From: the human T2T-CHM13v2.0 reference genome, Homo sapiens | Reading direction: 5' to 3' (one strand) | Length of the DNA: 64,000 nt | Assembly: GCF_009914755.1 (NCBI RefSeq) | Contig: NC_060941.1 | In this document: one piece after another, positions 27,661 through 44,174 of the stretch | Layout of the letters: each line of letters begins with the position of its first letter | How positions within the stretch are numbered: the first letter of the stretch is position 1 | Made by a program: the position numbers and the translations under genes | The notes under the pieces: generated by a model | Databases searched by the model: none | Told to the model about the DNA's origin: nothing | What the model saw: the letters and a program-made list of their open reading frames with translations, nothing else

Positions 27661-29906
27661 TCTGCAGTGCCACTTTCCACTCACAAAGTTTCTATGTGAC
27701 GTGTGTGACACATTTGCCCAGATAACATGTGTAAAGGTCTTCCTCCGAGGCCATTTATCCTTCAGCATGACCTCCCTTGGCTGACTGTGGGGTCAAACAG
27801 GGAACAGGAGCCTCCACACCTGGGTAACTCACACTGGGCCTGCATAAGCACCGAGGGACCCTGCCTTTATGTACTACCCACTTTGGAGATCTCTGTTCCC
27901 TTGAACAAGTGCCATCTTTGTGGCTCCCTTCATCACTTTAAATGTTTCATTGTACTGCTTTCTTTGTTTTCCCCAGTCTTTTACTACAGTTTGCTACACT
28001 TTATGCTTCGTGTAGATTTTGTTTTCGAGTGTTTTCTATTACCATTGAAGATGAAATTTCAATCTATTTTTGCTTTTTTCTTTCTTTTTGCTTTCAGAAC
28101 TGAGAAGGGGAATGTTCACTCTGCGAACTTACACCTGCAGGTCTATATAATCCATTGAATAGCTTCATCAGTATCTATTTATTTTACGCTTCTTTCCTAT
28201 TTCTATTTTAGTATCTTTGTATTTCCCCCTTTTTATATTATAGTTGTTAAAGACATATCTGTTGTTTTGCAATGTTCCAGGTTTTAGAAATATTTGTATG
28301 TTTTCCTGTACACTGTTGAACCCTGACTCCTCACCACTTTACATTTAATGACTTCTGATATTTTATCTTCATTATTTTCTCCATAAATTCAGTTCCGTTA
28401 GGTTAGGTTTTTTTTTTTTTTTTTGATCTTTTAAATTTCAATGCTTACTTTATTTTTAATTCATTTTCTTAAATAGCTAAATATTTAACACTAACAAGTG
28501 CCCATGAGAAATGATCTATATTCTATTCATTTGGAGGTACTGTCTTATTATTATTCCCTTTTCAAAGTATCTTATTACAGTTTGAATTTGTGTTTAACAA
28601 AATAATGATATAGTAGCATTTTCCACATTATAGTCTATGCAACTAAATATTTTTAACTGAAATATTCTTATAATATAGCTTGCTTATTTAGCTTTTGCAT
28701 TGTGCTCAAAGAATATGAGCTATTAAATAATTTTGAAATTGTTAGCTTTACTTTTTGGTAGGAAAACAGTGAGAGGGTAGTTTTAATATAATATTGTTGA
28801 AAAAAATGAGCATACATTTTTCCCTCAATTATCTGCCCTTTTGTGGAACACAATTTTCCTACAGTTTAAAAGGCAGTCATGTAGTGTTTACTACCTGATG
28901 TGCCGCACCCAGCATATCCTACATTTCAATAGATGGACATCTCAATCAACGTGAACTAATTAATGGATAAAAGAAAATCAGTAATATTTGTATCTTTGGT
29001 AATTTTAAATTGGGATATGAAGTAACTATGCCAGTGAGCTATGGCTTCTGTAAATGAAAGGTAAAATATAATAAGGAAGAATTTGAGGCAATCTCTATGA
29101 GGATTGTGAATAATCAACCATACAAGAATTTAATATCCTCAAACAATATCCATGTTTTAGTGCTTGATTCTTTAGGGTCAGCAGATTAGGTGCTTCTTGG
29201 TTTGGCTTGACTCCCTCATAAAACTTTAATGAGTCGTGAGTCAGATAGGCAGTTCGCTTTCTGGGATGGCTGGCTATCCACTGGATCATCTTGCTTCTCA
29301 TTCCTTCATCTTATTTCTGAGTGTCGCTTAGATCCTTCCAGGAGCCTACCTTGGCATGTTCTCATGGCCAGGCTTCAATGTAAATGCAAGGCAGTCTAAA
29401 GATATAAGAAGACATGCTAAGCAGGCAAATGCTTTTGACCCTTAGGCTCAGAACTCATACACAGTCATATCTGCTATGTTCCATTAGCCAAAACAGGTTG
29501 AAAGACCATCTGAGTCAGGGTATGGATGGAGAATACAAAGTTTCACATCAAATCATGTAGATATTGGGAAACCATTAATTCACAACATAACAGCAAGTTA
29601 CTACAGCCTTCTCTCCAGAACCAATAATCAATATCCTTTTTATATGAAGAAAATGACTTGGGAATTTATCCTTAGTGTCAATTACAGTAACTTGGAAAGT
29701 TTATGGACATTATTTGTTGGAATGTGTGTGTGCTCCATTTTCATTGTACTTTCCTTCTGAGGATTCAATTACATACATGTGAGACTATTTGATTTCCCAC
29801 AGACCTTAGACTTTCTGTTCTATTTTTTCATATTTTTTCTTTTAGCTGTTATTTGATAGTTTGTATTGCTCTGTATTCAAATTCTGTAATTATTTTATAT
29901 GCTTAG

Positions 29907-30238
29907 TGATATGGTTTGGCTGTGTCCCCACCCAAATCTCATCCTGAATTGTAATCCTCATCATCCCCGCATATCGTCATGGGAGGGACCCCATGAGAGG
30001 TAATTGAATCATGGGGGTGGTTTCCCCAATCCTATTCTCATGATAGTGTTTGAGTTTTCATAACATCTGATGGTTTTATAAGTGTTTGGCATTTTTCCTG
30101 CTTGCACTCACTCCATCCTGCTGCCCTGTGAAGAAGGTACCTACTTTCCCTTTGCCTTCCACCATGTGTAAGTTTCCTGAGGTCCTCCGAGCAATGCTGA
30201 ACTGTGAGTAAATTAAACTTCTTTTCTTTATAAATTAC
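29907..30238 (+). mobile_element. THE1 (THE1C/D-like) MaLR LTR, 3'-truncated
   Basis: Starts 'tgatatggtttggctgtgtccccacccaaatctcatc' and stops after 'tttataaattac', without the terminal '...ctaataca'. Confidence 0.9.
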
Positions 30239-33200
30239 TGAAGTTTCCATGTCTCTGCTAAAATTTTTCATATATTTATATATGTTGTACACATTTTGAA
30301 CTAGGTACTTTGGCATTTTTATCAGTTACTTTAAATAATATTATAGTTTTATAATTATAATAATAATTCTAATCTTTGAGGCATCTCTGTATCTACTTCT
30401 ATCAACTGTGTTCTCTGTTGACTTAGTGCTCACCTTGTTTTCTCTCTCTCTCACACACACTTTCTCTCTTTTTCCTTTTTATGTGTTTTATCAATTTATT
30501 ATATGCTGATCATTTGTGTAATAGTATAGGCAAAAATAAATTATATTTACACTTAGAATAAAGAATATGGCATTTTGTAATAGGCTGCTATAACTGGGAG
30601 CCCATTAAATCTGATCCGTATTGATGTAGGCCTGGGATTTGTAGCATGCATTGTTAGAGTGGCTTTAATTTCTCTCAGTTCATTACTGGTTTTATATATT
30701 TAGAGATTGAGCTCAGGTATCTCTGTTCTGTGAAGCTTCACCTCTGAGAACTTGTGAGGTTCTAGAGACACCTTTGTGCTTTATAGCTGAGCTATCAGCT
30801 TTCCAATTTGTGGAATACTTCTCTCTGCCTTCTACCAAGACAAATGGGTTTTTCAGTTTCTGGGAAATTTTATTTGGTCTCAAAGCCTCCTTCAAACTTT
30901 CCAAACTAGGAAAAAGTAGTTTTAGCTCTAGTCCTTGCCAGGTTAATTTCAGTGTGCCTATTTCAGTGTGGTTGGATTTATTATCTCAGGAATCCAGCTC
31001 TGTCCACATCTTCAGAAAGGCAGTTTCTTTGTAGTTGTGGGAGGCCATGAAAACCTGGAGATATCTTTTTTAGCTTTCCTGTTCTGCATCCCAGCCTGTG
31101 TAATATTACCCCAATGCAATTGGTGAAGACTCATGGAATAATCAGTGAATGAGTCTAGAATTGTTTTATGTATGAAGTTCCATGGAATTCTAATTTGTCA
31201 TATAAGCCATGATGAGGTTCTTAAAAGTATTTCATCATTTCCCCTTGTTTCTTTCTACTCCCATTAATAGCAAATAGCAAATTATTCATGCTCTGATCAT
31301 TCTATCAAAGGTACATCCAAATTCTCGCTTGAAAAAAGACTCAACTTTCTAGAATTTAGATCATCGTTTATTTGCATATAGCACTTTCTGAGAGTCTCAG
31401 AAAAACAATGGTTTTGTAGTATATTTTGCTTGTTTTAGTTTTTATGGAAAAAGAAACATTCTCTTGTGATGTTGCACATCCTAGTAAGAAGTTATGTCTT
31501 GCACTTTATTTTCAAATATTATTCCAAATTAGCATATACTGCTTTATTTATAATAATAGAGTAAGTAAATAGGGTAAAAATAATCAGGTGTTCCCCCTTC
31601 CTCAAAGGAATATAACATTAAATGTTAGGCCTTAAAAGAAATGGCACTTTCTTTATATTAAGAGATAGTTTACTTGTTGAACACAAATGTATTCTATTAT
31701 TTTGCCTCTTTTTACTTTGATAAGTGCCAAATTTACAATAAAATTCTGGGTTTATCCTCCTCGATGATGTTTGAAACTCTAAAGAAACAACAGTGTGTAA
31801 AAACACAACGGCCGAAAGAGGATATTTTCACCTCCATATACATAATTAACTTGGAGAATCAACTGAGAGTTGCAGGTATTTAGTAATGTGTGATGTGTTG
31901 TATTTCAACAAATAAATTTTCTAGCATTTTAAAGACTAGATCAATCAGTGCAAATTAAAAAAAAGCAAACCAACCAACAAAAATAACAATATATTATGCA
32001 TTAAATTTGTAATTTAGAGATAACTTAGATTTATATTTGTATCTACATAAGCACACATCTCTATTTCATATTTCTGGAAGAAATAATAGGCTCATACAAC
32101 TTAGAAAAGTTGCTATGATGTCGAGGGAATTGAATGATTAATGCAGAATCAATACCACTACCAAAGAGTGTACCTGATTTATCTTACAATCAACATGGAA
32201 AGATCATTTTAACTTTATGACTCAGCAGCTGTCAAGATGTAAACCTCTCACAAAATTATTTCAAGGCAGGAGTTAACTTGCTTACTCTGCAGAAACACGT
32301 AAGAGACAAAACGTTGGTAGACGTTTGACCAAGGATGTGCTTCAAATGTATCAGGTTTGCTTTGTCATTCTCTTTCCCCAATAATTTTCTTCAGCCATTG
32401 TTGCAGAGCACAAACAATGCAGTCAGCAACAAATTTGACAGAATATAGTGACCCAGAGAAATCAGGTAAAGTGTGAAATGGCTAAGTGAAATCATTTTAC
32501 CAAAATTTGCCTGGAATGGCTCTAAGCTGCCAAGTTAGGTAGGAGAGTATTACAGCTACTTGAAATTTAAAACTACATAGTTGTCTATATTAAAGAGAAT
32601 CCCTCAAGACTTTGACTATCAAAGTACCCCCCACCAGAAATAGCCTTTATCCACCACAAAAATCTTAATCCCATAAACAATGAGAACTTACTGAAGTGTG
32701 TCAACAGATTAGTTCAGATACAGCTGAGAACATTCTAATGTAACTAACCTAAAATCTCCAAGCAGAGGCAAATTGCCCAGCGTTCTGGAAAACTAACTAT
32801 GGCCTCCAGTAAACATTTTTTTTTTCAGAAACACGATCCCATAAAATTTGACCCTGTTGCAATAAACATCTCTTGCATCTTGTTTGACATAATTATCTGC
32901 AAATCTTCCCCATATGAATTCACATACGCGCTCTCTCTTTTCACCATAATCTCCACATGGACAGTCCCTTTTCATCCTTCAGGTTGAGTATAAATGCCAC
33001 CTTTTCTGAGAAGCCTTTCTCCATTACCTTATCGAGAAAGTTTTGCCCTGCTTATTCTCCATCTCAGCTTCTTGTTTGTTTCCTTCAAGGCTCATGTCTG
33101 AATATGTTACTTAAAAAAATGTGTCTTTATGACTTTTTCCTGCCACAACTATAAGTAGATGTAGGCAAATCCTACCTCTTGCATGTTCCATATTTAGCAA

Positions 33201-33295
33201 GTAAGACATTGCCAGGCACAGAGGAGATGCTCAATTAATATTTCTCACATACATAAGTACATTAAAATATATATATTTCATGGAGTATCCTTTGA

Positions 33296-33615
<320 letters not shown>

Positions 33616-35855
33616 ATTAAGTCTCTTCTCTAAGTAATAATAAAATTGCTGGGCCCTGATTGCAAGGAAAAGAAACCCAACACAAATTAAAACTAGAAGA
33701 GATATTAACACATGCAATAAACACCCACGGACTAACCTTCAGAAATGGCAGAAACAAGTATTTAAAATAGCATCAGGATACCAGAATTACTGCTTTTCTC
33801 TTCAACTTTCAGTTCTGCTTCCCATTGAGTCATCTTATTTTCAGGAAAATTTTTTATAGGTAGAAAATATGGTTTCTAGCAGATCTAGACTTACATTCAA
33901 TCAGCTTAGCAACAATAGAAAGAAACCATGTTCCCTGCTACCAGAGTAAATGACCCACTAGGGGCTCTAATTAGTCTGACTTAAATTAGTCTGTGAGTCT
34001 AAGTGGATGAAGACATTGATTGATCTAATCTGATTCATTGTCTAATCCTAACATCCAACACCACTCCCTGAAAACATCTTGGGATAAATTTTTAGCACTT
34101 GAAAGTACTAGCAAGAGAAAAAGTATAGCTAATCTGATCCACCACACATTTTTCTTGTTGCATACCATTTATTAAAGTGTCAGAAATGCATGCCCATCAC
34201 CACAGACTGCTAGCTCTTTGCTTAGCATGCCTGAAGGTTTTTTGTTGTCATTAAAGAGTCCCTTGTTTACCACCTTCTCACAATAAATGTCTTATGAATG
34301 AATTCATAAATCAGTATTTTTTCTGACTTATTTGGCAGAAAAATTGGCTGAATATTCTTATTAGATTTAGAGTTTAACGTTGTCTTATGAGAATCATTCT
34401 TTTGCTGGGTGGAAGGTGGGCTGAGTGATGGTACAGAGAGACACTTTTATGGTCATTGACTTTAATTTCAGACTAAGATATTCCCAAACAGAATTTGATC
34501 ACATAATTACGTCCTTAAAAATAGGATCAGTATAAGGAAACCACAGTGAAATACTTTTGAAAATATAAAAATAAGCTGCTACCATCTGGAATATTATTTA
34601 CAAGTTTTTGGCCCTATACTTCCTATTTTTAAATAAAAGAAAAACAAAGCAAAACAATTATGCTCTGAGCTCTAAGTAGATACTGATAGGCTTTCATCTA
34701 TGAGGCAAAATTTAAGGGCATTACTATCATCTATAGATTTCTTTATATCTGCAGTACCTGTTAAGGCAATAAATCATTAATTTGTATAAAACACACACAC
34801 GCATATTATTCAGAAGGCCAATAAATAGTCAAATCATATGCAATTTTGAGTGTGTCCGAAATTCTGTTACCATTCTTACTACTAGTTATAATTTTCTAAG
34901 CCTTCAGAATGAAACAAGCATCAAAACCCTCATAGGATCTTTGTTATTAAAAAAACTACTAAATCAGCAATTCTCAATTACTTATAATTTTTGCTTTCTT
35001 TATTAAATACTACAAAGGGTACAATATTCAAAACTAGTTAATTATATGCTTCAGAAATGCCTATTTACTTCCCAAATGTTTCTTGTGAGAGATGCTTAAT
35101 GTAGTTATGTGCAGGAATCTAGAACTGAGATATTTCAGCAAAGCTATGATTGTGATGTCCAGGTCTTATCACTTAATTACTATAATTACTAAGTCAATTT
35201 TCCAACCATTTTAAAATAATTTTTTATAACAAGTTGAAACAAAATTCACAAGAATGTATAAAGACTTTTTAAATTAAAATGTTATACAACAGCAAAGGGA
35301 GCCCTCATGCTCTACCAGCTATCAAAATATACTTCAAACATAAATGTTATATTTTGGTCACTTCTTTCAATCATTTAATTTTTCTATTCTTTTGCCATTT
35401 TATCACTTTCTCTATCCCAAAGTGAGGCATCCATATTGTTGGACTGATTAAAATGGCCCCAAGTCAACCAGTAATCTGTTGTGTTATTGGTATTAGTATA
35501 TTCTGGTATTTAGTTTTGTGACAGAAAGCCTGGGGGTGTAGAGCTCTCAGGCAGCTGAAAGGGAAGTGAGTCTATAATGAAGTTAACACAAAGAACAGGG
35601 TAGCATTAAGGTGAGAAATTGGGCCAGTCCCTAATCATTCCATCAAAACAATAAATCTCTTATTCTTTAAGCCATTTTGAATTGGATTTTCTATAATTTA
35701 AAACAAAGCACATAGATATATCTGATGAATAGGGCTTATAAAAATTTAAGCAATGTGGTCTAGGTAAAATCATCTTTTAAAAAATAGTTGAGAAGAGTAG
35801 AACAGACCCCAGAAATCAGCCCAAGAAACCATAAAGGAACTTTAAAAAGGAAAGA

Positions 35856-37332
35856 GAAGTCCTTGCCTATGCCTATGTCCTGAATGGCATTTCTTAGGTT
35901 TTCTTCTAGGGTTTTTATGGTTTTAGGTCTAACATTTAAGTCTTTAATCCATCTTGAATTAATTTTTGTATAAGGTGTAAGGAAGGGATCCAGTTTTAGC
36001 TTTCTACATATGGCTAGCCAGTTTTCCCAGCACCATTTATTAAATAGGGAATCTTTTCCCCAGTTCTTGTTTTTGTCAGGTTTGTCAAAGATCAGATGGT
36101 GGCAGATGTGTGGTGTTATTCCTGAGGCCTCTGTTCTGTTCCATTGGTCTATATCTCTGTTTTGGTACCAGAACCATGCTGTTTTGATTACTGTAGCCTT
36201 GTAGTATAGTTTGAAGTCAGGTAGCATGATGTCTCCAGCTTTTTTCTTTTTGCTTAGGGTTGTCTTGGCAATGTGGGCTCTTTTTTGGTTCCATATGAAC
36301 TTTAAAGTAGTTTTTTTCCAATTCTGTGAAGAAAGTCATTGGTAGATTGATGGGGATGACATTGAATATATAAATTATCTTGGGCACTAAGGCCATTTTG
36401 ACAATAAGGATGCTTCCTATCCATGAGCATGGAATGTTCTTCCATTTGTTTGTGTCCTCTTTTATTTCATTGAGCAGTGGTTTGTAGTTCTCCTTGAAGA
36501 GGTCCTTCATATCCCTTGTAAGTTGGATTCCTAGGTATTTTATTCTCTGTGTAGCAATTGTGAATGGGAGTTCACTCACAATTTGGCTCACTGTTTGTCT
36601 GTTATTGGTGTATAGGAATGCTTGTGATTTTTGCATATTGATTTTGTATCCTGAGACTTTGCTGAAGTTGCTTATCAGCTTAAGGAGATTTTGGTCTGAG
36701 ACGATGGAGTTTTCTAAATAATACAATCATGTCATCTGCAAACAGGGACAATTTGACTTCCTCTTTTCCTAATTGAATACCCTTTATTTCTTTCTCTTCC
36801 CTGATTGCCCTGGCCAGAACTTCCAACATTATATTGTATAGGTGTGGTGAGATAGGGCATCCCTGTCTTGTGCCAGTTTTCAAAGGGAATGCTCCCAGTT
36901 TTTGCCCATTCAGTATGATATTGGCTGTGGGTTTGTCATAAATAGCTCTTACTATTTTGAGATACGTTCCATTAATACCTAGTTTATTGAGAGTTTTTAG
37001 CATGAAGGGCTGTTGAATTTTGTCAAAGGCCTTTTCTGCATCTATTGAGATAATCATGTGGTTTTTGTCATTGGTTCTGTTTATGTGATGGATTATGTTT
37101 ATTGATTTGCATGTGTTGAACCAGCCTTGCATCCCAGGGATGAAGCTGACTTGATTGTGGTGGGTAAGCTTTTTGATGTGCTGCTGGATTCGGTTTGCCA
37201 GTATTTTATTGAGGATTTTCGCATCGATGTTCATCAGGGATATTAGTGTAAAATTCTCGTTTTTTGCTGTGTCTCTGTCAGGCTTTGATATTAGGATGAT
37301 GCTGGCCTCATAAAATAAGTTAGGGAGGATTC
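35856..37332 (-). mobile_element. Inverted 5' segment of a twin-primed L1PA (ORF2 reverse-transcriptase region)
   Basis: Minus-strand ORFs 36680..37234 ('GTRQGCP...[10 protein letters not shown]'), 36217..36726 and 35760..36227 are consecutive frameshifted ORF2 pieces. Confidence 0.95.
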
Positions 37333-38355
37333 AATGGCAACAAAAGCCAAAATAGACAAATGGGATCTAGTTAAACTAAAGAGCTTCTGCACAGCAAAGG
37401 AAACTACCATCAGAGTGAACAGACAACCTACAGAATGGGAGAAAATTATTGCAATCTACCCATCTGACAAAGGGCTAATATCCAGAATCTACAAAGAACT
37501 CAAACATATTTACAAGAAAAAAGCAAACAATCCCATCAACAAGTGGGCACAGGATATGAACAGACACTTCTCAAAAGAAGACATTTATGCAGCCAAAAGA
37601 CACATGAAAAAATGCTCATCATCACTGGCCATCAGAGAAATGCAAATCAAAACCACAATGAGATACCATCTCACATCAGTTAGAATGGCGATCATTAAAA
37701 AGTCAGGAAACAACAGATGCTGGAGAGGATGTGGAGAAATAGGAAGGCTTTTACACTGTTGGTGGGAGTGTAAACTAGTTCAACCATTGCGGAAGACAGT
37801 GTGGCAATTCCTCAAGGATCTAGAACTAGAAATACCATTTGACCCAGAGATCCCATTACTGGGTATGTACCCAAAGGATTATAAATCATGCTACTATAAA
37901 GACGCATGCACACATATGTTTATTGCGGCACTATTCACAATAGCAAAGACTTGGAATCAACCCAAATGTCCATCAATGATAGACTGGATTAAGAAAATGT
38001 GGCACATATACACTATGGAATATTATGCAGCCATAAAAAAGGATGAGTTCATGTCCTTTGCAGGGACATGGATGAAGCTGGAAACCATCATTCCTACCAA
38101 ACTATTGCAAGGACAGAAAAGCAAACACCACATGTTCTCACTCATAGGTGGGAATTGAACAATGAGAACACTTGGTAACAGGGCGGGGAACATCACACAC
38201 TGGGGCCTGTCATGGGCTGGGGGACAGGAGGAATAGCATTAGGAGAAATGCCTAATGTAAATGACGAGCTAATTGGAGCAGCAAACCAACATGGCACATG
38301 TATACCTAGGTAACAAACCTGCACATTGTGCACATGTACCCTAGAACTTAAAGGA

Positions 38356-38392
<37 letters not shown>
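37333..38392 (+). mobile_element. Sense 3' segment of the same L1PA (about PA5-7): ORF2 C-terminus, 3' UTR and (AAAT)n tail
   Basis: ORF 37334..38158 is the ORF2p C-terminal 274 aa ('[19 protein letters not shown]'...'SLIGGN*'), followed by a primate L1 3' UTR and tail. Confidence 0.97.
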
Positions 38393-38399
38393 CATAGAG

Positions 38400-41000
<2,601 letters not shown>

Positions 41001-42060
41001 TTTCAAATCATGTTTTTGATATTCTAATTTTTAATTTTTTCAGATTGTGTAATTACTATATTATATAGAAGTATATATATAATTAATATATATATATAAT
41101 ATATATTATATTATATATATAATAATATAAATAATTAAGGAAACTAAATAAATTTTACTTCAATAATATTATTTGTACAATATGTTTATGTTTGTAGTAG
41201 TAAATCAAGTTTCAAATCTTTGCATTTGAGAAATGTTGCCTATCAATTTCTGTACTGTTTAACTAGTTCACTTGTTTATTGCAGTCTTCAACAACTGAAA
41301 TTTCAATCTAATATGAATTATATCACTTAATTTTTTAAGTAATGATGCATTATATGTTGACTTATTCTATTTTGCCCTCTTACTCAAGTACCTCACCTCA
41401 AACGAATATAAACTTAAAAACACTATAGACTAAAGTACAATTTAGGGTTTTTCTCATACTATGCATCTCTTAGCCCAATTATATATTAAAAAAATCTGCT
41501 GTATACATTAGTTGTACAACTTTGAGTGAATTATGTGACCTCTTTAAACCTCAGCTTTCTCACCTGGAAAATTGAACTAATTTTCCCTTGCATATAGGTT
41601 CCATATAGGTCCCTTGCATATAGGTTCCATTCAAAATTAAATGAGATTATTCTTGCAAATGTTTAGATGTTATCCTGGTGTGTCATAAATGGTCAATACA
41701 CAAATTTTCTAATTTCATGTTCTTCTAACATCCTGTTAAAAATCTGATGAGTCAAGAGCTTAGCAAAGTTTTATTAACAAAGAAGGAGAGAGAGGTAAGA
41801 AGAGAGCAAAAGAGAATGAAAGAGAGAGGCAAATAGAGAACACTGAGTGCAATGGTCAATTTTTTCTGGGATTAATATATACTAGAACTATCATAATTAT
41901 ATTTTAATCAATAAGTGGTAATTTTTATCATCCCACAAAATTTGTGAAGATATTTTCCCTGAGGTATAATTGTAACAACAGAAACACAGGTAGTATTTGA
42001 AGGCTAGCAATAATAAATCCATTTTGAATTTTTTAAAAAAATTAATGTTCGCTACAAACC

Positions 42061-42572
42061 TGCCGAGACCAGCTCGGTCATGGAGACCCTAACCCAGTGG
42101 CGCTAGAGGAATTAAAGACACACACACACAGAAATACAGAGTGTGGAGTGGGAAATCAGGGGGCTGACAGCCTTCAGAGCTGAGAGCCCCCAACAGAGTT
42201 TGACGCACATATTTATTGACAGCAAGCCAGTGATAAGCATTATTTTTATAGATTATAGATTAACTAAAAGTATTCCTTACAGGAAACAAAGGGATGGGCC
42301 AAAATAAAGGGATGGAGTCAGCTAGTTATCTGCAGCAGGAGCATGTCCTTAAGGTGCAGATCGCTCATGCTATTGTTTGTGGTTCAGAAACACCTTTAAG
42401 CGGTTTTCCACCCTGGGTGGGCCAGGTGTTCCTTGCCCTCCTTCCAATAAACCAACAACCTTCAGCGTGGGCATCATGGTCATCACGAGCATGTCACAGT
42501 GCTGCAGAGATTTTTGTTTATGGCTAGTTTTGGGGCCAGTTTATGGCCAGATTTGGGGGTCTGTTCCCAACA
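42061..42572 (-). mobile_element. MER9 solo LTR (HERV-K HML-3 / HERVK9)
   Basis: The minus strand reads TGTTGGGAACAGACCCCCAAATCTGGCCATAAACTGGCCCC...GAGCTGGTCTCGGCA (TG...CA, 512 bp). Perfect 6-bp TSD CAAACC at 42055-42060 and 42573-42578. Confidence 0.93.
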
Positions 42573-43803
42573 CAAACCTGAGATGAACTTGGTAGTCAAA
42601 ATAGTCATTCCTCATTTTACATTTGGGAAATAAAATGATATTCTGGGATATGATAATTTATTCAAGATATGCTGTACACATAAAGTTTCTCATGTAGTCT
42701 CTTGACTACATATCTAATCCCCTCATGGTGCTCCCTTCCTTTTTCTATTAGTCTGTGCCAGTGTATTCAATGAGAGTGTTTCTCTTAAGAGTCTGACAGC
42801 ACAAAATTTAGCTATTGGTATAAACTCAAAACAGCTTTTTCCATTACTATTGCTTATACATAACTCTTAGGTTCTCTCAAAGTGTATTTAAACAAGTCTT
42901 ATTATCCCCAGCCCAGATTGGGGGAGAATCAAACTGACATCTCATATGAGCATTTTCCTCTTTTCAAATGCTGTGAAATCAGTTATAGCCATAGAATGTG
43001 AATTTACAACAGCAATAAACAGGGTGAAGAGAGAAGATTTAAAGATTAGGCACCCTACAGCTATAAAGTCCTTATTCTCTCAAATCTGTTTCCACATGGC
43101 ATAATGGACATTTCAGGGTCAAAATAACAATGAAAATCACACTCGTAGAAGTTAAACTTAAGCCTAACACTGCCTATTGTTCTATAGTAATTAGAGTAAA
43201 AAACATTTTTAGAGCTCACAGTTTGGTAATACAGAAACAAGCAGGCATGTTTTCTGTTCTCTATGTAAGCCTTTCACATAGATTTGTGGACCATGATAAC
43301 AAAAGAAAATCCTTTGAGATGTAGTTATATTTTTATTGACATAGTGAACTATCCAGCATCCAAGATGTTCTGGCAGAGAATTGATTCCCCCTTAATGCTT
43401 TTTATAGAGCCTTGTTTCTTTTCGTCAGTGTGACTTACAGTAGTACATCTTGAAAAGTAAATAACTACTGAGACACCTCTCTAATAAAAAAAAAGGCTTA
43501 CAAATTATGAGAGCTGTTTTCTTTCTTATACATTTTACTTAGTACATGCACGATTACTGAATTCAACATGAACTTGCATGCAACTATTTGATAAAATTCT
43601 TAAATGATAATATTAAGTATTTAAAATAAAAACAGGTAGGGTCTACCTAAGTGTGTAAAACTGTCCCACTAGTGTAGGTATAAACAGACAATTCTCCTAA
43701 TACACATCTCTATTACTAATTTTCAAATTTTCTGTATATCAATGGATTTAAAAAATGATCAGCCAACATTAAGCATATCTTCCTTTACTTTTTCTTCTTA
43801 TAA

Positions 43804-44145
<342 letters not shown>

Positions 44146-44174
44146 AAAAAATACTTTTTTAAAATTTATCAGAA

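Noticed and set aside
27727-28158. 143-aa plus-strand ORF
   Set aside because: No recognisable domain; the Phe/Leu bias reflects T-rich DNA.
37334-38158. The 274-aa ORF as a cellular gene
   Set aside because: It is the L1 ORF2p C-terminus. An open frame of this length is expected in a fairly young L1PA.
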